A stretch of DNA of 35,437 bases, taken from the NCBI GenBank assembly GCA_031268525.1, contig JAIRXA010000101.1:1-35437 (forward strand). Direction: 5' to 3'. The notes below the pieces were generated by a model that made no database searches, was not told the origin of the DNA, and saw only the letters and a list, made by a program, of their open reading frames with translations. This DNA comes from Coriobacteriales bacterium (GTDB lineage Bacteria > Actinomycetota > Coriobacteriia > Coriobacteriales > UBA8131). A program made the position numbers and the translations under genes. Position 1 is the first letter of the stretch; the number at the start of each line of letters is the position of its first letter. Shown in pieces: positions 26,420 through 34,007 of this stretch.

Positions 26420-26450
26420 TGTGCCAAAATCGAACCGTCCCCTTTGGCAC
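26420..26450. repeat. 31-bp palindromic element, copy 2 (inverted relative to copy 1), 1 nt downstream of the hydrolase stop codon
   Basis: TGTGCCAAAATCGAACCGTCCCCTTTGGCAC is the exact reverse complement of 25136..25166. Flanks on both sides are unrelated. Confidence 0.85.
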
Positions 26451-26451
26451 A

Positions 26452-28104
26452 CTACCAGCCGAACTTATCTGCTTCCAGAAGGGGGCTTACTACGGTCTCG
26501 TTTCCGGTCAACTCGTCGTTGAAGAAGCGGATGCAGTCAATGGCCATCTGCTCGGTGGCTTCCCACTGCACGTTGTGGCCAACACCGGTATAGACGATGT
26601 ACTGTATCCAAGGCATACGGGCCTGCAGCGTATCCTTGGCGGTAAAGCTGCCGTCCAGCGACCCGCACACCAGCAAGGTGGGTACACCCGACCGGAAGTA
26701 GCAGGGCTTGACAGGATTGCTCGAAGGATTGCCATAGAGTCCGCCGAGGTCAGAGACACCAAAACCGCCGCCGATCCGGTCCCAGTCGGCGCGTGGCAGT
26801 GCCTGGCACTCCGCCATCTCGTAGGTTTTGAACACCGGGTCTATGGGGTTGTTGGTGCCGTACCAGGCTTCGACCCACCAATCGTAGGCTCGACCGTCGC
26901 TGTCGAATAAACCATTCAGTCCGTCGCCGTACATACCCATGCCGATGCCTCGTACCGAGATATCCTGGAGCATCGTGGATTCCCAGACCGCGTGTATAAC
27001 CCTATCGGGATACAGCGCCTCAAAGGTCTGGACGGCGCAGCTGCCCAGGGAGTGGCCGATGATGTCGGCACGGTTAATACCCTTGGCATCCATGAAAGCC
27101 GCGATGTCCGCTGCGTGGTCAAAGAGGGTGTAGAGGCCCGTATCGGGCTGGTCACTCTTGCCATGACCACGAAGGTCGATCATGTAGACATGAAAACCTG
27201 CCTCCACGAAATAGGGAGCGATCAAAGACCAGCTGCGGCTGTTGTCGGTCATGCCGTGAACCAGGACGAGAGGCCTGCCGTTGCTCGGGCCCATCTCCAC
27301 ATAGCACATCCTTATGCCGGTTGAGATGTTGATGTACTGCCGATGGCTGTTCCAGTCTGCCTGTGAGATGGTGTCAGGCGCTGATGACGAGAGAGACCAG
27401 AGCTGGTTGGCGCGGCCATGGTAGGGCCAGACGATGAGACGGGTACCCAGGGTGCTCGAATTACCCCACACATCAAGGGCATACCCATTGAGTGCCGACT
27501 TGATAACGAGGCCGTTTGGGGTCTCGGCAATAGCCCAGCGCTGGTTGAGACCGCCATGATCGGGCCACTGGATGACCGAAGCGCCAGCAGCCCCGCTGCT
27601 TCCCTGGATATCCAATACCTGATTGGAATGGCCGGCGGAGATGGCATAGTAGCCGGTGGTCTTGTCATAGGTGAAGGTAAAGATCTGGTTGTCCTGCTTG
27701 GTGGGCGCCCAGAGCAGCGCAGGTGAGCCAGCGGCCTGGCTCTTGCCCCGGATGTCTACGACGCGCTCTTCGGTGCTCACCAGCGAGTAGAGCTGCGAGC
27801 TGACGCCGTCAAGGTTGGTGGACGCGGCCTGTGGGCTGACGCTCGCTCCATCTTCGCTCTCATCCGCTGCCGGCTCCTCCGTCGCGCTATCGCTTGCTGC
27901 CGGCTCCTCCGTCACACTGTCGCTTGCTGCCGGTGCCTCCGTCGCCTCATCGGCCGACGGCAACAGCCCAACAACCTCATCGCCGCCAGCGGTCTCGGCG
28001 TAGGCGGATAGGGCACCGCCCAGCACAAGGGTGAACATCATCAGAGCTGCCAGTAGGATTGATAGGAGCTTCTTGCTGTACCTGCTGTACCTGCTGTACC
28101 TCAT
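26452..28104 (-). CDS. Secreted ricin-type beta-trefoil lectin domain / alpha-beta hydrolase fusion protein
   Basis: ATG 28104 is preceded by GGGAGG at 6 nt. There is a signal peptide (KKLLSILLAALMMFTLVLGGALSAYA-ET) and an acidic repeat linker (TEEPAASDS x2-3). The beta-trefoil has three pseudo-repeats ending NQIFTF / NQRWAI / NQLWSL. The alpha/beta-hydrolase part has LVLVHGMTDNSRSW, the nucleophile elbow GHSLG, and later GSLD and GHNV. The ORF-track extension to 28170 covers the promoter palindrome and is rejected. Confidence 0.85.
   Translation of the reverse strand: MRYSRYSRYSKKLLSILLAALMMFTLVLGGALSAYAETAGGDEVVGLLPSADEATEAPAASDSVTEEPAASDSATEEPAADESEDGASVSPQAASTNLDGVSSQLYSLVSTEERVVDIRGKSQAAGSPALLWAPTKQDNQIFTFTYDKTTGYYAISAGHSNQVLDIQGSSGAAGASVIQWPDHGGLNQRWAIAETPNGLVIKSALNGYALDVWGNSSTLGTRLIVWPYHGRANQLWSLSSSAPDTISQADWNSHRQYINISTGIRMCYVEMGPSNGRPLVLVHGMTDNSRSWSLIAPYFVEAGFHVYMIDLRGHGKSDQPDTGLYTLFDHAADIAAFMDAKGINRADIIGHSLGSCAVQTFEALYPDRVIHAVWESTMLQDISVRGIGMGMYGDGLNGLFDSDGRAYDWWVEAWYGTNNPIDPVFKTYEMAECQALPRADWDRIGGGFGVSDLGGLYGNPSSNPVKPCYFRSGVPTLLVCGSLDGSFTAKDTLQARMPWIQYIVYTGVGHNVQWEATEQMAIDCIRFFNDELTGNETVVSPLLEADKFGW
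27866..27955. repeat. 30-bp in-frame tandem repeat x3 (third copy degenerate) encoding the EEPAASDS(V/A)T linker of the lectin-hydrolase
   Basis: Units at 27866..27895, 27896..27925 and 27926..27955, read directly from the sequence. Confidence 0.8.
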
Positions 28105-28151
28105 AACGAGCCTCCCGATCTCAAGGTTCTGGATCCCTCCAGTTTCCCGGG

Positions 28152-28183
28152 AGTGTAGACTCTCAAGCATGCTTGAGAGTCAA
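28152..28183 (-). promoter_or_regulatory. MerR-type promoter/operator: TTGACT (-35), 20-nt spacer filled by a perfect 24-bp palindrome GACTCTCAAGCATGCTTGAGAGTC (28158..28181), TACACT (-10)
   Basis: Minus strand reads CCATTGACTCTCAAGCATGCTTGAGAGTCTACACTCCC. The site is 55 nt downstream of the MerR-family gene and about 48 nt upstream of the hydrolase ATG. An overlong spacer carrying a dyad is the hallmark of MerR-family-controlled promoters. Confidence 0.6.
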
Positions 28184-28237
28184 TGGCTGTTTCATGCCAC
28201 AGGTCTCAGAATCTGACCTGTCCAGATGGGGTCGGTC

Positions 28238-29062
28238 TTAATCTGCCAGGGGGAGGAGTATCTCCATCAGCCATTGCTCCTTATCGGTGATGCTCCAGCA
28301 ATCTATAACCGATCGTTCGAGGAGATAGCCTCGCAGACGGTGCCCCTGGGCCTGGGCCCATTCCTGCATGGCCTTCACGGTTTCGGGGATGCTGTCAAAG
28401 GGTCCTCGGTGATAACAGGAGACGGCCGAGAAGGCACTGAACTCGGCAAGCCGAACGGGAGGTTTCTGCTCGGGGTGCACCCGTATCAGCAGACGGGCAT
28501 CTCGCCAGCGGTCATGGTCACAATGGGGATAGGCAAGGTAGAGGGCACCGGTGGTGTAGAGGCCTTCTTTGGTGAGGCTGTGGCACAGGGTGGGATTGAT
28601 GAGCAGGTCGGTATAGTCCATGCCTGCGAATATCTCCGGTTTGACGATATAGTAGCTGGTAGCAGGGACCCGTTTGACACGTATCGGGCAGCTGTCCTGG
28701 GAGAAGACCTCTCGTGCCTCGTCTATCAGCTCGTGCCAGGAGACGATGGAATCCCGCATCATCTGGTACTTGTGGATTTCCTCATCAAGTTTTGCTGTCT
28801 GGGCGAGGAACCGGGCATCGAGCTTTTTAAGGTCATCGCGCCTGAGGAGGACAGGGATATCTTTCAGGAGATATCCGGTAACTTGATAGTAATCGAGTAA
28901 TTGTAGGAATTGTATCGTCTCGTTGGAGTAGTAGCGGTAGCCGCTGCTCTCGTCGGTCTGCGAAGGTTTTATCACGCCGATCTCGTCATAGTAGCGCAGC
29001 TTTGAGGGATTAACTTTGCATATCCTGCTGATCTCACCAATGGTGAAGAGCCCGTCTCTCAT
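28238..29062 (-). CDS. MerR-family transcriptional regulator with a GyrI-like / BmrR-type effector-binding C-terminal domain
   Basis: N-terminal HTH FTIGEISRICKVNPSKLRYYDEIGVIKPSQTDESSGYRYYS, a coiled-coil linker, then about 150 aa with the alternating beta pattern seen in GyrI-like domains. The domain call is by resemblance, not a computed search. Confidence 0.88.
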   Translation of the reverse strand: MRDGLFTIGEISRICKVNPSKLRYYDEIGVIKPSQTDESSGYRYYSNETIQFLQLLDYYQVTGYLLKDIPVLLRRDDLKKLDARFLAQTAKLDEEIHKYQMMRDSIVSWHELIDEAREVFSQDSCPIRVKRVPATSYYIVKPEIFAGMDYTDLLINPTLCHSLTKEGLYTTGALYLAYPHCDHDRWRDARLLIRVHPEQKPPVRLAEFSAFSAVSCYHRGPFDSIPETVKAMQEWAQAQGHRLRGYLLERSVIDCWSITDKEQWLMEILLPLAD

Positions 29063-29073
29063 TGCTGTTCCCG

Positions 29074-29103
29074 CTTTCTCGACAGGGGCTTTCTCGACAG
29101 GGG
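29074..29103. repeat. Perfect 15-bp tandem duplication CTTTCTCGACAGGGG x2 in the 5' leader of the MerR-family gene
   Basis: Copies at 29074..29088 and 29089..29103 are identical. The repeat starts 12 nt upstream of the ATG at 29062. Confidence 0.85.
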
Positions 29104-29274
29104 CATCTGGCTGTTTTCAGCCTGCAACCAGAACGGCGATGTTCCATCTTGAAAAATCTCTACAGTTCAAGGTTATCAGATGTTGAACCGGGCTGTTTGC
29201 CCAGAGCTAAAGACTCTTACCAGGCAGATTTCGTTGAGGTTGCCTGGACGATGTACCACGGTAGCGGAAATGTA

Positions 29275-29283
29275 TGGTAGAAT
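29275..29283 (+). promoter_or_regulatory. Candidate extended -10 promoter element for rpsT (TGGTAGAAT)
   Basis: Motif match only (TGnTAnAAT), about 85 nt upstream of the rpsT start. No good -35 is seen. Confidence 0.3.
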
Positions 29284-29367
29284 TCTCAGGTTCGCCTTTT
29301 CAGCGCCTCTTTTACTCCCACAAAAATGAGCGCTTGAAGATTCAGATGGATGAAAGGAACCAACAAC

Positions 29368-29631
29368 GTGGCAAACATCAAGAGCCAGAAGAAGCGCAAC
29401 AAAACCAATGAGAAGGCACGATTGCGCAATCGTGCCGTCAAGAGCGAACTGAAAACTGCGATTCGCACGGTACAGGATGCCGTGGCTGCCAATGACAGCG
29501 CCATCGCTCAGGAAAAGGCCAGCTACGCGAGCAAACTTCTCGACCAGGCTGTCTCAAAGGGCGTCATTCACAAGAACCAGGCCGCAAATCGTAAATCAGG
29601 TGTCGCCAAGCTCGCAAACAGCATTTCATAG
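29368..29631 (+). CDS. rpsT: 30S ribosomal protein S20
   Basis: [29 protein letters not shown] is the canonical S20 N-terminus. GTG 29368 with AAAGGAAC upstream gives the family-typical start; the alternative is ATG 29350. Confidence 0.93.
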   Translation: MANIKSQKKRNKTNEKARLRNRAVKSELKTAIRTVQDAVAANDSAIAQEKASYASKLLDQAVSKGVIHKNQAANRKSGVAKLANSIS

Positions 29632-29666
29632 CGTCGGAGACGATTCGCGGACTCGCGTCAAGCATC

Positions 29667-30680
29667 TCAGAACGCCTGGGATCGTCCACAGACTCGCATC
29701 AGCCATCGTTCCATCTCCCGGCCGGTTTCCGGTCGGGATTTCATTCGTTGTTCCGTCTCTGGCGCCTGATGCAAAATGGCAATGAGCTCGCTTTCGTCGT
29801 AAATGCCGGCGCCCCTCATCGTGGTCCGTAATTGCCATTCAGGACGCTTCAGTGCGCCTGGTATATCAACGACACCCCGACTCTTCAGAGACTGTACCGA
29901 GAGTATCTCTCTAAGCTTCGTAAGACACTGGGCATACAGTCGCAAAATTGTCTGGTTAAGGGAGGCGGCAGGCGTCAGGCCCTCGATACGGTTCAGCAGT
30001 TGGAGACAGACCGCCAGGTTTCTGAGCGCAAGAGCGTCCGTCAGATCCCAGGGTTTTGGCTCAACGAGACGAGCAACGTTGCGATCAACATCCTGCGTGC
30101 GAATGCGATCGCGACCGAGGGCAATGAGGATGGAACTGAGCCTCTCAATTTCATTGGACAAAGCGACCGTCGAGGTACCGATGCGTTCTATGAGCGCATC
30201 ACCCGCCGCGCGATCAATCGACATCCCCTTCGTTCGAGCCAGTCTGACAATCAGGTCGGGGAGCTCGGATCGCTTGATCGCTGAGCAGTCGATGATGGCT
30301 TTCTCACCGATGGCGGCGACCGCCTTAAAGATGCGGGTGTTCTTTGCCAGAGAGCGCGCGCAGAGTACCAGCACCGTTGTAGGCATCGGCGCCTTCAGGT
30401 AGTCAACAAGGGCCTCGCTTATGTGTTTTGGAGCAGAATCGACATCTTTGAGCACTACGAGACGCGCCTCAGCCGCAAAGGGAAGGGTGTTCAGGGCGTC
30501 CAGCAGAGCATGTGACGAGCGCAACTCTCCGCCGATGAAGGTCTGCTGATTAAAACTCGGATCGCCCAGCTCGGCCATGCGATCGGTCAGGCGTTCGAGC
30601 ATCATTTTGACCTTCAGCTCATCATCTCCATTGAGGAGATAGGCCGCAAGCAGCGGTTTCTTATCTGTGCTCACCATCAT
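29667..30680 (-). CDS. holA: DNA polymerase III subunit delta
   Basis: 337 aa with a delta-like N-terminus (LLAAYLLNGDDELKV...), the right size, and the conserved position after comEC and convergent with rpsT. The sequence similarity call is moderate. Confidence 0.82.
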   Translation of the reverse strand: MMVSTDKKPLLAAYLLNGDDELKVKMMLERLTDRMAELGDPSFNQQTFIGGELRSSHALLDALNTLPFAAEARLVVLKDVDSAPKHISEALVDYLKAPMPTTVLVLCARSLAKNTRIFKAVAAIGEKAIIDCSAIKRSELPDLIVRLARTKGMSIDRAAGDALIERIGTSTVALSNEIERLSSILIALGRDRIRTQDVDRNVARLVEPKPWDLTDALALRNLAVCLQLLNRIEGLTPAASLNQTILRLYAQCLTKLREILSVQSLKSRGVVDIPGALKRPEWQLRTTMRGAGIYDESELIAILHQAPETEQRMKSRPETGREMERWLMRVCGRSQAF

Positions 30681-30707
30681 TCGCTTTCGTTTGGGGCTGT
30701 TTGTCTC

Positions 30708-33209
30708 TCAGCTCATGGTATCACAGAGTACCCGCATTCCCGTCGTCGTGAACAGAACGGTGATGTCGCCATTCATATCGGTCCGAAAGGTCGTGATTCC
30801 CGCCTCATCCAGAGTGGCCAGAATCTCATCGGTCGGATGACCATATCTATTTCCTGCCCCCACACTGATCAGAGCCACGCTGGTCTGCATCGTCGCAAGC
30901 TGAGAGCTCGTAACCGCTCCTCGACTACCATGATGTCCGATCTTCAAGATAGCAAAGGTCTGATTTCCCGTGATGTTGATGATCTCGTCGAGTTCTGCGG
31001 ATTCGGCGTCTCCCGAAAGCAACATACTCCCCTCCGCGCATCCGTCACGATTCTCGTCGTAAATCAGTGCGAGGCAGAGACTCTCATCATTTCCGCCCTC
31101 AAACACCGGCGAGCGCGGCGATACCACCGTCAACACCAGATCATCGCCAAGGACGATACGATCACCAAGCGACAGTTCACCCGGCTCAGACCCGAGTATC
31201 GTTCGTGCGGCCTGTATCCCCTCTGTCTGTCCCTGAGCACTCAATAAACCCTGAGCAACATAGATTGAGCCGACTGGCATCCCTGCACTCAAGGCACTCA
31301 GGGCTCCGCAGTGGTCGGCGTCAAGGTGAGTGAGTACCACGGCATCAATGTGGCTGACATGATTGCGCGCAAGCGCCCGCAGGAGGACATCGTCGCGCTC
31401 CCCAGTGTCGACGAGCACGGTATGAGATCCATTGCGTATCAGGATCGCATCGCCCTGTCCGACATCCATGACAACGACCCGCGGAGACACGGAGATGCTC
31501 AGCGTAAAGGCAGACAGGACGACAAGACAGCATACGATGCCGAGAAGGAGACGGGAACGGCGCGGCGTCGCACGGGGCCACACAAGATAGCACACTGTGG
31601 CAAGGACGAGAGCTGCTACGACGCAGGGCAGCATCTCGACCGAGGCAGGGATCGAGGCGTAGGGCACCTTGGTCAGCACCTCGGCAAGAGCGATGGCCTG
31701 ATCGCCGAGCAGACAGAGGCCTTTGAGGAGCCAGAGGAGCAGAGGACCCAGAAGGAATCCAAGCCAGAGTAAAACCATGCCGACCCCAACCATGATGGTT
31801 ATCAATGGAGCCACAAGGATGTTGGCGAGAGGGCTGATGATCGGTATGTTCGCAAACAGAGGTGCCGTCAGAGGCGTTGTCGCCGCCTGCGCAGTCAGGG
31901 TCATCGACAGAGGATCGAGCATGAAATCACGTACTCCACGTTTCAGCTTCTTCAGATACGGTGAGCCATGCACCGGTTTTGCCCTCTGTTCCTTCCCAAA
32001 CAGGGCACGAATCCAGGAAGCAATGAGTCCATTGAAAAGGGTAAGGCCCAAAACCGCGAAGACCGAGAGCCAGAAGCCGACGGAGAAGGCGCAGGGCGGA
32101 TTGAGGGCGAGCATCGCCGTGGCCGCCGCCGTGCAGGCCGAGGGCGCGTGGTTGCGGCGGCCGAAGAGCCACGACAGACTCGCGGCACTGGTCATCAGGC
32201 AGGCCCTGATTGCCGAAAACTGCAAGCCCGTGAGGATGACGTAGAGCGCAAGCACCGACAGGAGTATGAGAATCTGCGGCAGGCGAGGAATCCTGAGACG
32301 GGCGAGAAACCAGGCAAGGAGAGCGGCTATGACAACGAGGTGACTGCCCGAGACTGCTATCAGATGCGCCAGACCGGTAGCGTTGAAGACCCTTTGCGCC
32401 GACGTGCTCTCAAGGGCTGTCGTATCGCCGAGCAGGACGCCTCTCAGCAGAACCGATCCATCTCCTTCAATGGAGGCGATCAGCTCTCGATTGTGCTCGC
32501 GAAATGCGCCGATTGCCCCCAGCAGGTTTGCGGGGAACGCACCATCCAGCAGGGCTTCGACCTTCAGAGAGAGCGCCTGACCGCGTTGGTGGAGGAACTC
32601 CTGCCTGTCGCTCAAAGGCAGGATCGAAGCGCGTACGTGGCATACAAACCCGGGGCGTGCCGGCTCAACACCCTCTGCCCACAATATCCTGACGGGGAGT
32701 CTGCCGCCATCATCCATGAGCACTTCTGCTTCCGACGAGGGCGAGAAACTCCCGCTCTTCGGATCGCCGGTCACAAGCAGCGTGAACTCATCAGAACCTG
32801 CGTCGGTAAGTGCGCTTCCCCGATACGCGAGATCACTCCAGTGAAGCGTTCCAAGGAGCAATCCCAGAGCACCGGCGATCAGTGCAAGGCCGAGCGGCCC
32901 GATAATGCGCAGGATCTGCTGCGGTCGCCGGAGCCGAAAGCTCCCCGGGCGTCTTACAAGCAGGATGCAGACGCAGGCAGCCAAGAGACAGAAGACGGCG
33001 ATGATGAGCAGCCTTAAATCCTGCCCACCTGTCGCCCAACAGAAGCTCTGTGCGCCCACGAGCCCCACCCAGAGACCGGCAAGCGGGAACAGGAGTCTGG
33101 GAAGAGCAGGGCGCAGAACATCGTCATGAACGCGCCTGCCATCCTCGGAAACATGCCCATCATCGTCAGTGACGTGCCCATCATCGTCAGGCGCCGTCCT
33201 TCTAGACAC
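30708..33209 (-). CDS. comEC: DNA internalization-related competence protein ComEC/Rec2
   Basis: 833 aa: a multi-pass membrane competence domain plus a C-terminal metallo-beta-lactamase domain (VVVMDVGQGDA, THLDADHCGA, KIGHHGS). GTG 33209 overlaps the comEA stop by 8 nt. The N-terminus contains a duplicated DDDGHV(T/S). Confidence 0.92.
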   Translation of the reverse strand: MSRRTAPDDDGHVTDDDGHVSEDGRRVHDDVLRPALPRLLFPLAGLWVGLVGAQSFCWATGGQDLRLLIIAVFCLLAACVCILLVRRPGSFRLRRPQQILRIIGPLGLALIAGALGLLLGTLHWSDLAYRGSALTDAGSDEFTLLVTGDPKSGSFSPSSEAEVLMDDGGRLPVRILWAEGVEPARPGFVCHVRASILPLSDRQEFLHQRGQALSLKVEALLDGAFPANLLGAIGAFREHNRELIASIEGDGSVLLRGVLLGDTTALESTSAQRVFNATGLAHLIAVSGSHLVVIAALLAWFLARLRIPRLPQILILLSVLALYVILTGLQFSAIRACLMTSAASLSWLFGRRNHAPSACTAAATAMLALNPPCAFSVGFWLSVFAVLGLTLFNGLIASWIRALFGKEQRAKPVHGSPYLKKLKRGVRDFMLDPLSMTLTAQAATTPLTAPLFANIPIISPLANILVAPLITIMVGVGMVLLWLGFLLGPLLLWLLKGLCLLGDQAIALAEVLTKVPYASIPASVEMLPCVVAALVLATVCYLVWPRATPRRSRLLLGIVCCLVVLSAFTLSISVSPRVVVMDVGQGDAILIRNGSHTVLVDTGERDDVLLRALARNHVSHIDAVVLTHLDADHCGALSALSAGMPVGSIYVAQGLLSAQGQTEGIQAARTILGSEPGELSLGDRIVLGDDLVLTVVSPRSPVFEGGNDESLCLALIYDENRDGCAEGSMLLSGDAESAELDEIINITGNQTFAILKIGHHGSRGAVTSSQLATMQTSVALISVGAGNRYGHPTDEILATLDEAGITTFRTDMNGDITVLFTTTGMRVLCDTMS

Positions 33210-33969
33210 AGATCAGATCCCTGAGAGCCTCGTATTTCTTTTCTCCGATGCCCGAAACCTGTTTGAGCTCCTCAATACTGGAGAAGGCTCCGTGCGCCTC
33301 GCGGTAGGATATGATTCTTTGCGCCGTCGCAGGCCCGATGCCAGGCAGGGTATCCAGTGTGGCAGCGTCCGCGGTGTTGATGTTCACCGGCGCTGTTACC
33401 GCCGAGGAACCTGCGGGGGCAGCACCCGTGGCCGGTTGAGTGATCGAAGGATTCGTGATGCCTGTCGGCACGCTGCCAGCATCGATCTCCTCTCGTGTTG
33501 GGATATGCACCTGTTGCCCGTCGAGCAGCAGGGCCGCGAGGTTCACATATTCTCCTGCGGCATCCTCGCTCAGGCCGCCAGCGGCTCGTACGCCATCGTC
33601 AACGCGGGCGTCGGCAGGCAGCTGATACACTCCCGGCAGAGGAACTGCGCCGGAGATATAGACGGTAATGGGAGAGGATTTCGCCTCAAGCTCGTCAGCG
33701 ACAGCAGGCGACGAGGAATCTGTCTGCGAAGATACGGACTGCGATGCGCCCTCCCCACCCGCCGTGGCCGTAAGATCTGCGGCCTGTGTGCTCGCCGAGG
33801 ATTGCACCTCAAAACCCTGGGCTTCAGGACGCGCCAAAAAGGACCAGAGCAGTACGGCCAAAGCGATACCGACGATGATAAGTATGACGATCCGCATACG
33901 CCGACTGACTTCAGGAAACCTCAGTTTTCTGGACGACGCTTCTTTTCGATAGTCAAGACAGCCCTTCAT
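33202..33969 (-). CDS. comEA: Competence protein ComEA (membrane-anchored helix-hairpin-helix DNA receptor)
   Basis: TM segment MRIVILIIVGIALAVLLW, a SLBB-like middle, and C-terminal HhH repeats (VNINTADAATLDTLPGIGPATAQRII...LKQVSGIGEKKYEAL). ATG 33969 is preceded by AGGAAG at 6 nt; the alternative is ATG 33897. Confidence 0.88.
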   Translation of the reverse strand: MKGCLDYRKEASSRKLRFPEVSRRMRIVILIIVGIALAVLLWSFLARPEAQGFEVQSSASTQAADLTATAGGEGASQSVSSQTDSSSPAVADELEAKSSPITVYISGAVPLPGVYQLPADARVDDGVRAAGGLSEDAAGEYVNLAALLLDGQQVHIPTREEIDAGSVPTGITNPSITQPATGAAPAGSSAVTAPVNINTADAATLDTLPGIGPATAQRIISYREAHGAFSSIEELKQVSGIGEKKYEALRDLICV

Positions 33970-34007
33970 AGACGCTTCCTGCCTGAGACAGGCACATGGA
34001 GGCTTGT

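Noticed and set aside
26169-26450. Small ORFs sharing peptides KGTVRFWH / CQNRTVPFGT (25048..25296, 25103..25426 N-terminus, 26169..26450, 26419..26910)
   Set aside because: The shared peptides are simply translations of the two copies of the 31-bp palindromic element in different frames. They are not a gene family.
28158-28181. Whether the 24-bp palindrome is an HspR HAIR site (CTTGAGT-N7-ACTCAAG)
   Set aside because: It contains CTCAAG and CTTGAG half-sites, but in the opposite relative order and with 4-nt rather than 7-nt separation. No chaperone gene follows. The local MerR-family gene explains it better.
28197-28222. Hairpin ACAGGTC-N9-GACCTGT after the MerR-family stop as an intrinsic terminator
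   Set aside because: It has a 7-bp stem with a large loop and no U-tract. It may reduce read-through but is too weak to call.
29062-29280. 72-aa plus-strand ORF in the MerR-rpsT intergenic region, and several TTGAA/TTCAA inverted motifs around 29140..29187
   Set aside because: The ORF has no RBS and no recognisable similarity, and it starts within the MerR start codon region. The inverted motifs are short (6 bp) and could arise by chance, so they are not called as operators.
29632-29666. Bidirectional terminator between convergent rpsT and holA
   Set aside because: Only a weak, interrupted GACG...CGTC pairing is present, with no convincing stem or T-tract.
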